From Spirochaetota bacterium (lineage in GTDB: Bacteria; Spirochaetota; UBA4802; JAFGDQ01): DNA of 64,000 bases. The position numbers and the translations under genes are program-made. A model generated the notes under the pieces. That model saw only the letters and a program-made list of their open reading frames with translations, made no database searches and was not told where the DNA came from. Position 1 is the stretch's first letter. Every line of letters begins with the position of its first letter. Positions 1 through 9,631 of the stretch are shown here, piece after piece. Where the stretch lies: NCBI GenBank assembly GCA_043803405.1, contig JAZDKB010000009.1, positions 64,001 to 128,000 on the forward strand, given 5' to 3'.

Positions 1-53
1 TATTTCGTCACTTTATTTTAATGCCTGGAAAATAAATACACGGTATATTCAAC

Positions 54-1265
54 ATGATCTTTTCCCAAAGAATACTACAAATTAAACCTTCAGCGACTCT
101 CGAAATAAACGCCCTTGCAAACGCATTAAAAGCCAAAGGTTACGACATTATCGGATTTGGCGCAGGCGAACCCGATTTCGATACCCCGGAATTCATTAAA
201 AAGGCCGGCATAAGAGCAATTGAAAACGGAAAAACTAAATACACACCCACAGGCGGAATCGATGAATTAAAAGAAGCCATTGTTAAAAAATTTAAAAAAG
301 ATAATGATCTCGAATACAATAAGGCAAATGTAATTGTTAATTGCGGAGGAAAACATTCGTTTTACAACCTGATGCAGGTTCTATTAAATAATGATGATGA
401 AGTAATTATTACAGCTCCATATTGGGTGTCGTATCCGCCTATGGTAATGCTTGCCGGCGGTAAACCAGTTATTATTGAGGCAAGCGAAGAAAACGAATTC
501 AAAGTAACTTCCGGCATTATTAAAAAAGCAATCACAAATAAAACACGAGCTATTGTTCTCAACTCACCTTCTAATCCGACTGGCGCCGTATATACAATGG
601 AAGAACTTAAAGACCTTGCTGATTTGCTGGCACAGTACGATATTCTTGTTATATCGGACGACATATACGAAGCGTTATTATATGATAATAAAAAGTTTTA
701 TAATATCGCAAACATGGGAGAAGAAATAAAAAAGAAAACTGTTGTGCTTAACGGCGTATCGAAACCATATTCAATGACCGGATGGAGAATCGGGTATATG
801 GCAGGCGATGAAAATCTGATTAAGAAAGTCGATATACTTCAAAGCCAGTCGACCTCAAATCCTGCATCGATATCCCAGTGGGCTGCTCTTGAAGCATTAA
901 GCGGGGACCAGACCGTAGTCCGGGAAATGGCAAAAGTCTTTGAGCGGAGAAGGAACCTTATTGTAGAGAAACTGAACAGCATAAAAGGAATCAACTGTAA
1001 AATTCCTGGCGGTGCATTCTATGCATTCCCCAATATATCCGGAATTTTTAAATTTAACGGCTGGAAATCTATAATTAAAAAATACGACAGTAAAAATAAT
1101 TCTTCATTGCTTGCTTCATATCTGCTGGAAGAAGCAAAGGTGGCAGTTGTACCGGGCATCGAATTCGGTTCCGATAATAACATAAGGCTGTCTTTTGCAA
1201 CATCGGATGAAAACATAACAAACGGCATCGGCAGGATTAAGGAAGCTGTAGAGAAACTAATTTAA
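54..1265 (+). CDS. PLP-dependent class I/II aminotransferase (aspartate aminotransferase-like)
   Basis: Motifs GEPDF, NSPSNPTG, SDDIY and SKPYSMTGWRIG (PLP lysine); C-terminal IRLSFA. Confidence 0.93.
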   Translation: MIFSQRILQIKPSATLEINALANALKAKGYDIIGFGAGEPDFDTPEFIKKAGIRAIENGKTKYTPTGGIDELKEAIVKKFKKDNDLEYNKANVIVNCGGKHSFYNLMQVLLNNDDEVIITAPYWVSYPPMVMLAGGKPVIIEASEENEFKVTSGIIKKAITNKTRAIVLNSPSNPTGAVYTMEELKDLADLLAQYDILVISDDIYEALLYDNKKFYNIANMGEEIKKKTVVLNGVSKPYSMTGWRIGYMAGDENLIKKVDILQSQSTSNPASISQWAALEALSGDQTVVREMAKVFERRRNLIVEKLNSIKGINCKIPGGAFYAFPNISGIFKFNGWKSIIKKYDSKNNSSLLASYLLEEAKVAVVPGIEFGSDNNIRLSFATSDENITNGIGRIKEAVEKLI

Positions 1266-1409
1266 ATTCAGGATAAGAGCATATTTACAGCAATGCAATC
1301 ACAACACCTAAACCTATCTCAAAATTAAAAATAAATAGGATATTGAAATTCGATAGAATTAATAAGACACCAGTTATTTTTTAAGATGATTTGTGACCAC
1401 ATTTATAGT

Positions 1410-2318
1410 CTATAAATGTGAACTGATAACGTATAACTCTTCTTTTTGAATATCGTCCATAAATTTTGAACTATAATAAATATCATCGTTTTCCGTGAGA
1501 GACAGCGTCTTTAAATAGCTGTTTTTCTTTTCCAGATCGGAAGGAGACAGCGACTCTTTAACGAGAATGCGCGCGTAAAGATTCGCAAGCGCTACGATAT
1601 TTATGCTTATTTTATAGGGAGAATCAGCATTTACCGAATGATGCTGAAATATTACATCCACAAGTTCATCAGGAAAATTCCATTTGTTTAACACGACCTT
1701 CCCGACCTCCAGATGGTTGTACCCGAAAACATTCTGTTCTATCAGCAATACATCAGCATCCGGATTAGCAAGCATCTCCTGCAAAAATTTCTCGAAAAGT
1801 TCCGTCTGATTAGCCATAAGGATAATTCTTCCTATGTCATGCAGCAGGCCCTCAATAAAAATATCTTCTTTCTTATCTTCCAGCTTGTATTTTACAGCAA
1901 TATGCCTGGCAATAAAAGCCGTCAGCACCAGATGTCTCCATAATTCCATTGCCGACGATTTCGTCGTCATCGATTCCGGAATATCCCTGAACTTTTTCCT
2001 GTTTCTGCTGTAAATATTTGAAGCGCATACTAGCAGTATCATGCTTTTAATCATTTTAAATCCCAGCAGACTTATTGCCTGCTGCAGATTTGTTATCTCC
2101 CTCTGACGCGAATACATAGCCGAGTTTGCGACCTTTAGTATTCTCGCGGTTATTGCCGGATCCTGAAGAATAATTTTTTCCAGTTCTTTAAAACTGATTT
2201 CAAGATTGTCTTCCTGAAACTGTAAAACTTTGGTCGCGACTTGCGACATAACAGGGATCTCTTTGATCTCTATTTTTTTTTGTAAACTGCCCTCGTTATT
2301 CAAATCAACAATCTCCAA
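1410..2318 (-). CDS. HDOD domain protein
   Basis: DPAITARILKVANSAMY, AISLLG, LWRH, GLLHDIG, NHLEVG..W.FP..L...I..HH; TTG start. Confidence 0.9.
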   Translation of the reverse strand: MEIVDLNNEGSLQKKIEIKEIPVMSQVATKVLQFQEDNLEISFKELEKIILQDPAITARILKVANSAMYSRQREITNLQQAISLLGFKMIKSMILLVCASNIYSRNRKKFRDIPESMTTKSSAMELWRHLVLTAFIARHIAVKYKLEDKKEDIFIEGLLHDIGRIILMANQTELFEKFLQEMLANPDADVLLIEQNVFGYNHLEVGKVVLNKWNFPDELVDVIFQHHSVNADSPYKISINIVALANLYARILVKESLSPSDLEKKNSYLKTLSLTENDDIYYSSKFMDDIQKEELYVISSHL

Positions 2319-2343
2319 CTAAATTTAATCTCATGTTCTTATC

Positions 2344-3771
2344 TTATTTATCGACCTCTCCGTCATCAAACACAATAGTAGTGCCGCCGACGTTAATAAC
2401 ATCTCCGGCTTCCAAAAGTTTGGTTTTGACAGGCTTGTTGTTTACTGATAAATTGCCGTCGGCTACTATTGTATACTGTTTTTTATTATTATCGAACATG
2501 ATCGTGGCATGTTTATCTTTTATCCTTGTAACGCCTCCTGAAAGCGTCATATCGGCCGAAGGGTCGCCCCCTATAACCGTCTTTTTATTTTTATTCAGCG
2601 TAAATAATTGCGTTGAAGCCTTTGCCGAGCCTGGATTCAGGACTTCAATAGTCGGATCCGATTTCTTTTTTTCGAATTTGATTTTCGATACCAGGAACAG
2701 CAATACCAGCGCCAGCAGCAAAGGAATCAATAATAACGGAGTAAAGTTATTCAAAGGGAGCCCGAACACTGTACTGGAAAAATAAAATCTGGTTGCTGCA
2801 GCAAGCCCGTTTTCCGAATTGCATTCTACTTTAACGAATTTTTTATCCGCAGGCTGCATGGTAGCCGGATATGAAATCAGATACTCATTTAGAATCTGAT
2901 TGACTATTATATTATAAACATCGTTAAGCTGTTTTGCGTCAAATGCGTCAAAAACCATACCGCCAGTCTGATAAGCAATTTTGCTGAGTCCCTGGTCTTT
3001 TCTTTCGTTTTTCGGGCCAAAATTAATTGCATATACTGATATACCCTCTTCCTGGCAATATTTCACAGGTTCTTCATATTTATAGATTTTGCTCCCAAGT
3101 ACCTTATGCGGCTTACGGGTATACTGAAAATACGGCATATTTTGCCCGTCCGATAAAACAATGACAGCTTTTCTGCCTTTAACAGCACTGAACTCATCGA
3201 TTGCAAAATAAATGCTTGAGTATATTTCCGTAAATGCGTCTTCGGGCGCAGGCTGAATAATTTTATCAAGGTCTTCCTGTATCTTGGCTTTATTGCCGGT
3301 CAATCCCGAATACAGCTTGTAATTCGAATTATAAACTGCTAAGCCTACAGTATCTTTGGGATTGCTAATGCTTTTTAAAAATGAAATTATCGCTTTTTTT
3401 GAATGTGATATTCTTTTATCGCTTTCTATCTTTGTCCTTGCTCCTTTAATATTGCAATACATGCTCCCCGAATTATCTACGAGCAGTAGAAAATTAATCC
3501 CTGATTCATAATTTGCCATACTCTGGAATCCGGTAATCTTGGGGATCTTTTGAAAATTATTCATGTCAGGAGATTCATAAATCGAAAAAGCGTCCTGTGT
3601 CAATTTACCTATAGGTTCACCTGTTTCGTCAGTTACGCTCACATACAGCTTAACCTCCTGGCTTAATAATAATTTTGATGCGTCTATCTGTGAGATGCGA
3701 ACATATTCCGCAAAGAGATTACCTGTAAAAAAAAGCATTACTATTACGGAGAATAAAATTTTCTTTATCAT
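2344..3771 (-). CDS. Exported vWA domain protein with one TM helix and C-terminal FHA-like domain
   Basis: Signal peptide; MIDAS DNSGS...T...LSDG; hydrophobic PLLLIPLLLALVLLFLV; C-terminal IG...H...VNN..V....L..GD.I.VG. Confidence 0.85.
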   Translation of the reverse strand: MIKKILFSVIVMLFFTGNLFAEYVRISQIDASKLLLSQEVKLYVSVTDETGEPIGKLTQDAFSIYESPDMNNFQKIPKITGFQSMANYESGINFLLLVDNSGSMYCNIKGARTKIESDKRISHSKKAIISFLKSISNPKDTVGLAVYNSNYKLYSGLTGNKAKIQEDLDKIIQPAPEDAFTEIYSSIYFAIDEFSAVKGRKAVIVLSDGQNMPYFQYTRKPHKVLGSKIYKYEEPVKYCQEEGISVYAINFGPKNERKDQGLSKIAYQTGGMVFDAFDAKQLNDVYNIIVNQILNEYLISYPATMQPADKKFVKVECNSENGLAAATRFYFSSTVFGLPLNNFTPLLLIPLLLALVLLFLVSKIKFEKKKSDPTIEVLNPGSAKASTQLFTLNKNKKTVIGGDPSADMTLSGGVTRIKDKHATIMFDNNKKQYTIVADGNLSVNNKPVKTKLLEAGDVINVGGTTIVFDDGEVDK

Positions 3772-3781
3772 ATATCATCCC

Positions 3782-4672
3782 CTATTTAAATTTATATAAA
3801 AACTTGGCAGAACCTATCTGTACAACATCATCCATTATCAGTTCATGCTCATCGACTTTTTCATCGTTTACTGCTATAATCGTTTTAGGGCTTACTTTTT
3901 TTATAACAACATTGTCCCCTTTCAAAGCCAGCTCGGCGTGAGTGTCCGATACTTTATCATATCCCAGAAGGACAATAGAGTTTTTATCGGATGACCCTAT
4001 TTTCATTTTTTTCTGGGAAATTAAAAATTCCGTGCCTTTAAATTTACCGTTTAAAAGCCGCAGAACACCGAAGGATAAGCGGTTTTCAACAAAGCCGTAG
4101 GAAAGTCCAATAAAAAGTCCGAATACGATCAGTCCTATCAGCCTTGCAAAAATAATATTCGGAATAATCAGCCTGAAATATTCAAGCGCCAGACCGCCAA
4201 GAAGTCCTCCGATTATGCCGCCAATAATGCCGACTTTAATTTTATCAAGCGAGCGCGAACGGAAGCCGTCGACCATACCGATAAATAGGCCGAGGAAAGC
4301 CCAGCCTACTGCTCTCGATATGGGAAACACGATCGTGTTAAATCCTTTTGCAGAATGTATCAGCATATCGCCCATAATAAACAGGGCAGCCTGCCCTATT
4401 AAAAATCCTATAATTCCTCCGATGGCCCCGATTAAAACACCTAAAAAAGCGCCGCTAAAAATTTTGCTTCTCATAGACATAATGATACCGTCGCTGGTAC
4501 CGAAAAATCCGCCCATACTCAGACCGAATATCATTCCCAAAAAAATACTGAAAATTAAATAGGACGGGAACGCTTCCTGAAAAAGCAGAGTTGATTCGGC
4601 AAAAGGCCACGCAGCCAGTCCTGCCAGCATGCCTATAATACAAAAGAAAATTTTTCTCATTAAAGTAGACAT
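3782..4672 (-). CDS. Multi-TM Gly-rich membrane protein with C-terminal FHA-like domain
   Basis: About 6 GxxxG-rich hydrophobic segments, then IGS...VSDTHA...VND..V....L..DD.VQIG. Confidence 0.82.
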   Translation of the reverse strand: MSTLMRKIFFCIIGMLAGLAAWPFAESTLLFQEAFPSYLIFSIFLGMIFGLSMGGFFGTSDGIIMSMRSKIFSGAFLGVLIGAIGGIIGFLIGQAALFIMGDMLIHSAKGFNTIVFPISRAVGWAFLGLFIGMVDGFRSRSLDKIKVGIIGGIIGGLLGGLALEYFRLIIPNIIFARLIGLIVFGLFIGLSYGFVENRLSFGVLRLLNGKFKGTEFLISQKKMKIGSSDKNSIVLLGYDKVSDTHAELALKGDNVVIKKVSPKTIIAVNDEKVDEHELIMDDVVQIGSAKFLYKFK

Positions 4673-4755
4673 ATATTACTCCTTTTAAAGATTGATCTGC
4701 ATCCTCGACGCAAGCTCGAGCTATTCATCTTGAAACAGATTATCTCATAAATAAT

Positions 4756-6720
4756 TTATTTTATTTCCAAATCAAGTGAATCTTTATCCTTACTGTAATC
4801 TATCATCACCTGAATTGTTTTATTTGACTCAACAATTGCCTTAATAGTTTTGGTTAAAGCTGATTTTTTAACTGTAACAAAGTAATCTCCCGGCGCGAGC
4901 AGCAATCTGTTTTCATTTTTATTCTTCTCAATCTTCATGTATTTCCTGTAATTCCCGCCGGATATATAATATGAAGAATTATTCAGTAACACATCCATAC
5001 TGGTATAATTGGATTTAACTATTAACTCTCCGGGAATAGGCGCCAGATCGATATCCATATTAAGCACTGTCTGATTAGGCTCAACATATACCTTGCGGAA
5101 ACCCGGATAATAACCGTCTTTTTTAAACTGGAATCTGTGTGTTGTTCCTGTTATTAAAATATCCTTATAATTTTTAATTTTAACAAAGTCCTTCCACGAT
5201 ATCCATTTCTTAAAGAGATACATTGAAAAATCGGTATCGTTTGTAATATCATTATTATTTGCAGTATCAGTCACTTTATAATAAACGGCCAACGGCAAAT
5301 GCGGCACAGTCCTGTAAAAGAACTCGATATTCTCCGAATCTGCAGAATCTTTATTTGTTTTCTGCACCTCTCTCGGACTCAGGTAAAATTCTTTCTGATA
5401 GTTTTCATTCCCGAAATTTATATGAATGAGATAATTAGCAGTTTTTAAATAAATCTTTTTTGACTTTATTGTGTAGTATTTTTCATTTTTTGATCCGTTT
5501 TTAACCTTTTCCAGGCTGAAACCGAACAATGCATTCTCCACTTTTTTAAATGTTTTACCGTCGAACTCATAAAGAAATGCATTCACATAGCTATCTTCCG
5601 GATTTCTGTCAGTGTCCCGGAACTTGACCGCGACAGAAAGCGCACCGTATTCATTTGCTTTGAAATACTCATAATGCATCCCCTTAACATAAGCGTAATA
5701 AGCTCCTCCGGCCAGAATAACGGCAAGAATAACTATTCCTATGAATATTTTAAATATGTTGAAAGAGAAAGATGAAGCCGCACCCTTGGCTGCCTTGCCT
5801 GCTTTTGTGACAGTTGTATCCTTCTCCGCTTTTTCAAAATCTTTGCCTTGCAGATATGCTTTGATTGTATTATTAATTTCATCCTGGTCTTTATATTTCT
5901 TTTTTAACACCTTTGTAAATATATCAATTATATTCTGCAGATCTTTATAGCGTTTCTTAACTTTGGCATGCATCGCCTTCTTAATTACTTTTTGTATTAT
6001 CGGGCTCAGCCTCGGATTAATTTTTCTGGGATAAACATATTCACCCTTGTTTATTTGAGCAACGGCATCAGGAGTAAAATTGCTTGGAAAAGGAGTTTTA
6101 CCTGTAACCATTTTATAAAGTACAACACCCATTGAGTAAATATCTGCTCTTCTATCCACAGTCTTCGTATTTGAAATCTGCTCAGGAGACATATAGGCCG
6201 GGGTCCCAAGCGTCATTCCGACTGAAGTAAGCCCGTCATCCTCAGTATCCTTGGAAGTGGCAATTCCAAAGTCCGTTAATTTAACTTCCCCTTCCTTTGA
6301 AATTAAAATATTTTCCGGTTTTATATCTCTGTGTATTACTGTTTTATCGTGCGCATATTTTAATGCTTTGCAGATTTCACGGAATATAAGCATTGCGATT
6401 TCATTTGGAATATATCTCTTTTTCTCGATCAGATCGCCAAGGCTGATGCCATCAACATATTCCATCGCTATGTAATATGAATTGCCCTCTTTAAAATGAT
6501 CGTAAACCTGAACAATGTTATCATTGCGGAAGTCCATCATCAACTGGGCTTCCCTTTTGAAGCGCTCGGTTATGGCGACATTTTTCTTTAAAGTAAGACG
6601 CTTTAAAATTACAGTCCTGTCCAGCGTCGGGTGCTTGGCTTTATAAATAGCTCCCATTCCTCCTTCCGCTACCTTTGCCGTAATTAAATATTTACCAACC
6701 ATATTTGTTTCCGGGCTCAT
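4756..6720 (-). CDS. Hanks-type Ser/Thr protein kinase with TM helix and extracytoplasmic beta-rich (PEGA-like) region
   Basis: EGGMG, catalytic Lys (VILK), HRDIKPEN, DFG, GTPAYMSPE, DIYSMG; TM IFIGIVILAVILAGGAYY; C-terminal FKKDGY and LAPGDY.VTV. Confidence 0.92.
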   Translation of the reverse strand: MSPETNMVGKYLITAKVAEGGMGAIYKAKHPTLDRTVILKRLTLKKNVAITERFKREAQLMMDFRNDNIVQVYDHFKEGNSYYIAMEYVDGISLGDLIEKKRYIPNEIAMLIFREICKALKYAHDKTVIHRDIKPENILISKEGEVKLTDFGIATSKDTEDDGLTSVGMTLGTPAYMSPEQISNTKTVDRRADIYSMGVVLYKMVTGKTPFPSNFTPDAVAQINKGEYVYPRKINPRLSPIIQKVIKKAMHAKVKKRYKDLQNIIDIFTKVLKKKYKDQDEINNTIKAYLQGKDFEKAEKDTTVTKAGKAAKGAASSFSFNIFKIFIGIVILAVILAGGAYYAYVKGMHYEYFKANEYGALSVAVKFRDTDRNPEDSYVNAFLYEFDGKTFKKVENALFGFSLEKVKNGSKNEKYYTIKSKKIYLKTANYLIHINFGNENYQKEFYLSPREVQKTNKDSADSENIEFFYRTVPHLPLAVYYKVTDTANNNDITNDTDFSMYLFKKWISWKDFVKIKNYKDILITGTTHRFQFKKDGYYPGFRKVYVEPNQTVLNMDIDLAPIPGELIVKSNYTSMDVLLNNSSYYISGGNYRKYMKIEKNKNENRLLLAPGDYFVTVKKSALTKTIKAIVESNKTIQVMIDYSKDKDSLDLEIK

Positions 6721-6758
6721 AATATTCTCCTTTTTATGGTTAACACTTTACTGGCATT

Positions 6759-7805
6759 TTAATTGTAATTAATTAATATTTCTTCAATATTATTTTCAAG
6801 CTCAATTACATCGCTTTCCAAATCAATAATATCTTCTTTAATTACTGCAATTATAAATTTGTCGGGATTATGTATTTGAATATAGCGGCCTTCGGCTCTG
6901 GGGTTATACAAATTTTTAACAGGTCTGTGCCCGCCGAAATAATAACTTCGCTTACGGTCTTCTTCGTTTTCTATATAATAATTCAGCATCTCCTGAACGC
7001 TGCCGTCATTTGCGCTGTTATCCGCTGTCCATGTTAAGCCCTCTATTACGTCTGGATTATTCCTGTATTCCAGTATTAATTCTCTGTTAAAAAAATACGC
7101 CGGTTCCGAATGAGAAATAAGAAAATTTTTGCCAACGGCAAAAATCGGAAGGCTTTTTTCAAATTTGGAATATAGCTCTAAAAAATCCTCGCCATAGAAT
7201 TTCTTTACATACTGAGCGACCATGGGACCCTCATAGGAAAACTTTACGAAAGGATAATTACCATCCCCTTCTTCATTTTTAATATTTTCATGATTGCCTT
7301 TTAAAAAATGAAAATTGGAAGGATAATTAGATTTTATTTCCATGATCATTTCCATAAGGCCGAAGCTCTCGCGCATTTCTTCGTCAATATTATCGTGCTT
7401 TAAATAATCCGATTCGAATTCTTTGAAGGCATTTGCCCATCTCCCGGCAGCTCTTTTTTCCGCATGCACACCGTCGCCAACGCATACTATCTGAATTTTA
7501 TCTTCGCCAAGCTTCTGCAATGCCGTTTCATTATCCTGATCTTTTATGAACAGGATGTTTAAAAAAAAATCCATTCTCGCGTGTATATCAGGAACAATTA
7601 TTGTCGGAATATTTCTTTTTAAATAAATAATTCCGCCCGGCTTTCCGGATGAGTCATAAGGCCTTATTTCTTCATCTTCATTCATGAGTTTAAAGTTTAT
7701 TCTCTCAAGAACTTCCGTAAAGTCATTATGATCAGGAGGTATTGTTCTTTTATATATTTCGAACAGCCTTTTTATGACTAAATCATATTTATCAGGTGAA
7801 GGCAT
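6759..7805 (-). CDS. Calcineurin-like (PPP-type) metallophosphoesterase
   Basis: Motifs PDIH, VGDGVH, KGNHE, ISH, GGH; no signal peptide. Confidence 0.85.
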   Translation of the reverse strand: MPSPDKYDLVIKRLFEIYKRTIPPDHNDFTEVLERINFKLMNEDEEIRPYDSSGKPGGIIYLKRNIPTIIVPDIHARMDFFLNILFIKDQDNETALQKLGEDKIQIVCVGDGVHAEKRAAGRWANAFKEFESDYLKHDNIDEEMRESFGLMEMIMEIKSNYPSNFHFLKGNHENIKNEEGDGNYPFVKFSYEGPMVAQYVKKFYGEDFLELYSKFEKSLPIFAVGKNFLISHSEPAYFFNRELILEYRNNPDVIEGLTWTADNSANDGSVQEMLNYYIENEEDRKRSYYFGGHRPVKNLYNPRAEGRYIQIHNPDKFIIAVIKEDIIDLESDVIELENNIEEILINYN

Positions 7806-7832
7806 CAATTATTTCCGTTTATAGAATGCGAT

Positions 7833-7860
7833 ATTTTAACAATAAATTTTAAGAGGTCAA
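7833..7860 (-). promoter_or_regulatory. Putative sigma70 promoter of the phosphoesterase-kinase-FHA operon
   Basis: Minus strand TTGACC-N16-TAAAAT with TGn extended -10. Confidence 0.5.
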
Positions 7861-7960
7861 GAAAAAATATGAAGATGTGAAATATAATAGACACAGATAT
7901 ATAGTATAAAACTAAATAATCCGTGTCTATATATTTAAAATTAACCGGACTTTATACCGT

Positions 7961-8488
7961 TTATTCCAGTATAATGGTTTTATTTATATTTGTAAATTCT
8001 TCTTCCAGGGCAAGTGTTGCGTTATTTAAGGTTTCCTGCTGTTCTTCACTACTCAATTCCTCTTTACATACGGCAATTTTATAGACAGCCGAAGTACTTT
8101 TTATGGGGCCCGATTTAAATTTAACTTCTTTATCTACTTCAACATCCTCTGCAAAATTTCCATTCCCTGTGAGGCTTTTAGGGACATCAGCTCTGATACC
8201 AATGCTTACATATTCAATGCTGCGGGCTCCATCCTTAACAGGGCCAGCAGTTAAAAGCGATCCCGAGTATGTCATTATTAACAGCCCGCGCTCGTCGTCT
8301 TTTGCGAAAATGTCAAAATCGTCCATTGATGAGGATGCTATCTGCTCTTCAAATGCTTTTTTCTTTTCCGACCACCCTTCCGACATTTTTTCCAGCGATT
8401 CATCGTTGTACTCCATGCCGGAGGTTTTTGTTATTTGTTGTATATGTTCCCTGATATTTAAAGGCAGTTGATCAAAATAATCTCCCAT
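7961..8488 (-). CDS. Hypothetical acidic cytoplasmic protein
   Basis: 175 aa ORF with strong GGAGG RBS; no motif recognised. Confidence 0.75.
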   Translation of the reverse strand: MGDYFDQLPLNIREHIQQITKTSGMEYNDESLEKMSEGWSEKKKAFEEQIASSSMDDFDIFAKDDERGLLIMTYSGSLLTAGPVKDGARSIEYVSIGIRADVPKSLTGNGNFAEDVEVDKEVKFKSGPIKSTSAVYKIAVCKEELSSEEQQETLNNATLALEEEFTNINKTIILE

Positions 8489-8715
8489 AGTTTTCCTCCA
8501 TTTAATTTTAATTTATGTCAAAAAATTTTGAAATCGTTCAGCTAACCATAGTATTAAATATCTGTCAAGAGTTTTTCACGATATTTTTATTATATCGCAA
8601 TGGAATTATATTTGATTTCCTGCTATGATTCTGCAATAATCATGCTAATTTATCTTGAAACAAGAAAAATATTAATTCAAAATTACATAAATATACCAAT
8701 AGAGGGAATAAATAA

Positions 8716-9576
8716 ATGCAAAACAAAATTCTACATGCTATTATCGTATTGTTTATTTACGGAATTATTTTTAATTTAATGTCAGATGCGTTTGCCGATT
8801 CGAATGAAGAAAAAGCGCTCGATGAAGTTGCACAGGCGCTGCTTTTAAAAAGCGATATTCTAAAAGATAAACCAATCGGCATGTTCAGATTTACATCTCT
8901 TGACGGCAAAGAAAGTCCCGACGGCGCGCGAATTTCACAGTGCCTTCTAGAACGTCTGATGAATCAGAGTTCGCTTAAATTTATCGATCGTTCGGAGCTT
9001 GCTAAAATAGTCGGCGAACAGGAGCTTCAGCAATCCGGGCTTGTCGATACAGAGCTTGTAAATGAAAAACCGAAAATTCTCCCGATCGACTATATGATTA
9101 CGGGGACATTAGCTCATATAAGCAAGAAAGGACATATATCCGCAAGAATACTTAACGCAGGCACGGGAGAGATCCTTACTGCAAAATCCAGCGAGTATAT
9201 TGCCGACAGCGCTGTTACTGCAAATGACAGCCCCGAAGCAGTTGCTATCTATAAAAAATCACCTGATGAACTGGACAGAATAAACAGAGTGTTTTTTAAT
9301 TTACAGCAAATGAGCAAAAAAAGGCCGGTGGTTTTCCTTATCGCTGTGCTAAGCGATAAGGAAATTGAACAACTCGAAAGCGATAAACCCCGTCTTGCAA
9401 AAGCGATAAAGAAAAGAAGAACAGATATAAGATGGGATAAACCCGGAGTCCAGACCAAGATAGATCATTTAAAAAACGGACTGGCTGCAATGAAAACTTC
9501 GTATCCGTCGCGCTATGACCAGATTATGCAGAGAAAAATCGAAGTTATTGCTCATCTACCTAAAAAGAACAATTAG
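8716..9576 (+). CDS. Exported CsgG/FlgO/HfaB-like domain protein
   Basis: Signal peptide; IDRSEL.KIVGEQELQQSGLVD, DYMITGT, ARIL...TGEIL pattern. Confidence 0.7.
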   Translation: MQNKILHAIIVLFIYGIIFNLMSDAFADSNEEKALDEVAQALLLKSDILKDKPIGMFRFTSLDGKESPDGARISQCLLERLMNQSSLKFIDRSELAKIVGEQELQQSGLVDTELVNEKPKILPIDYMITGTLAHISKKGHISARILNAGTGEILTAKSSEYIADSAVTANDSPEAVAIYKKSPDELDRINRVFFNLQQMSKKRPVVFLIAVLSDKEIEQLESDKPRLAKAIKKRRTDIRWDKPGVQTKIDHLKNGLAAMKTSYPSRYDQIMQRKIEVIAHLPKKNN

Positions 9577-9581
9577 CTAGC

Positions 9582-9623
9582 TAATATTCAGAACGTGTAC
9601 CGAGTGACGCGTTCTGAATATTA
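9582..9623. terminator. Long hairpin between convergent genes (probable bidirectional terminator)
   Basis: TAATATTCAGAACGTGT-N8-ACGCGTTCTGAATATTA, 17-bp stem with one wobble. Confidence 0.6.
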
Positions 9624-9631
9624 TAATAAGT

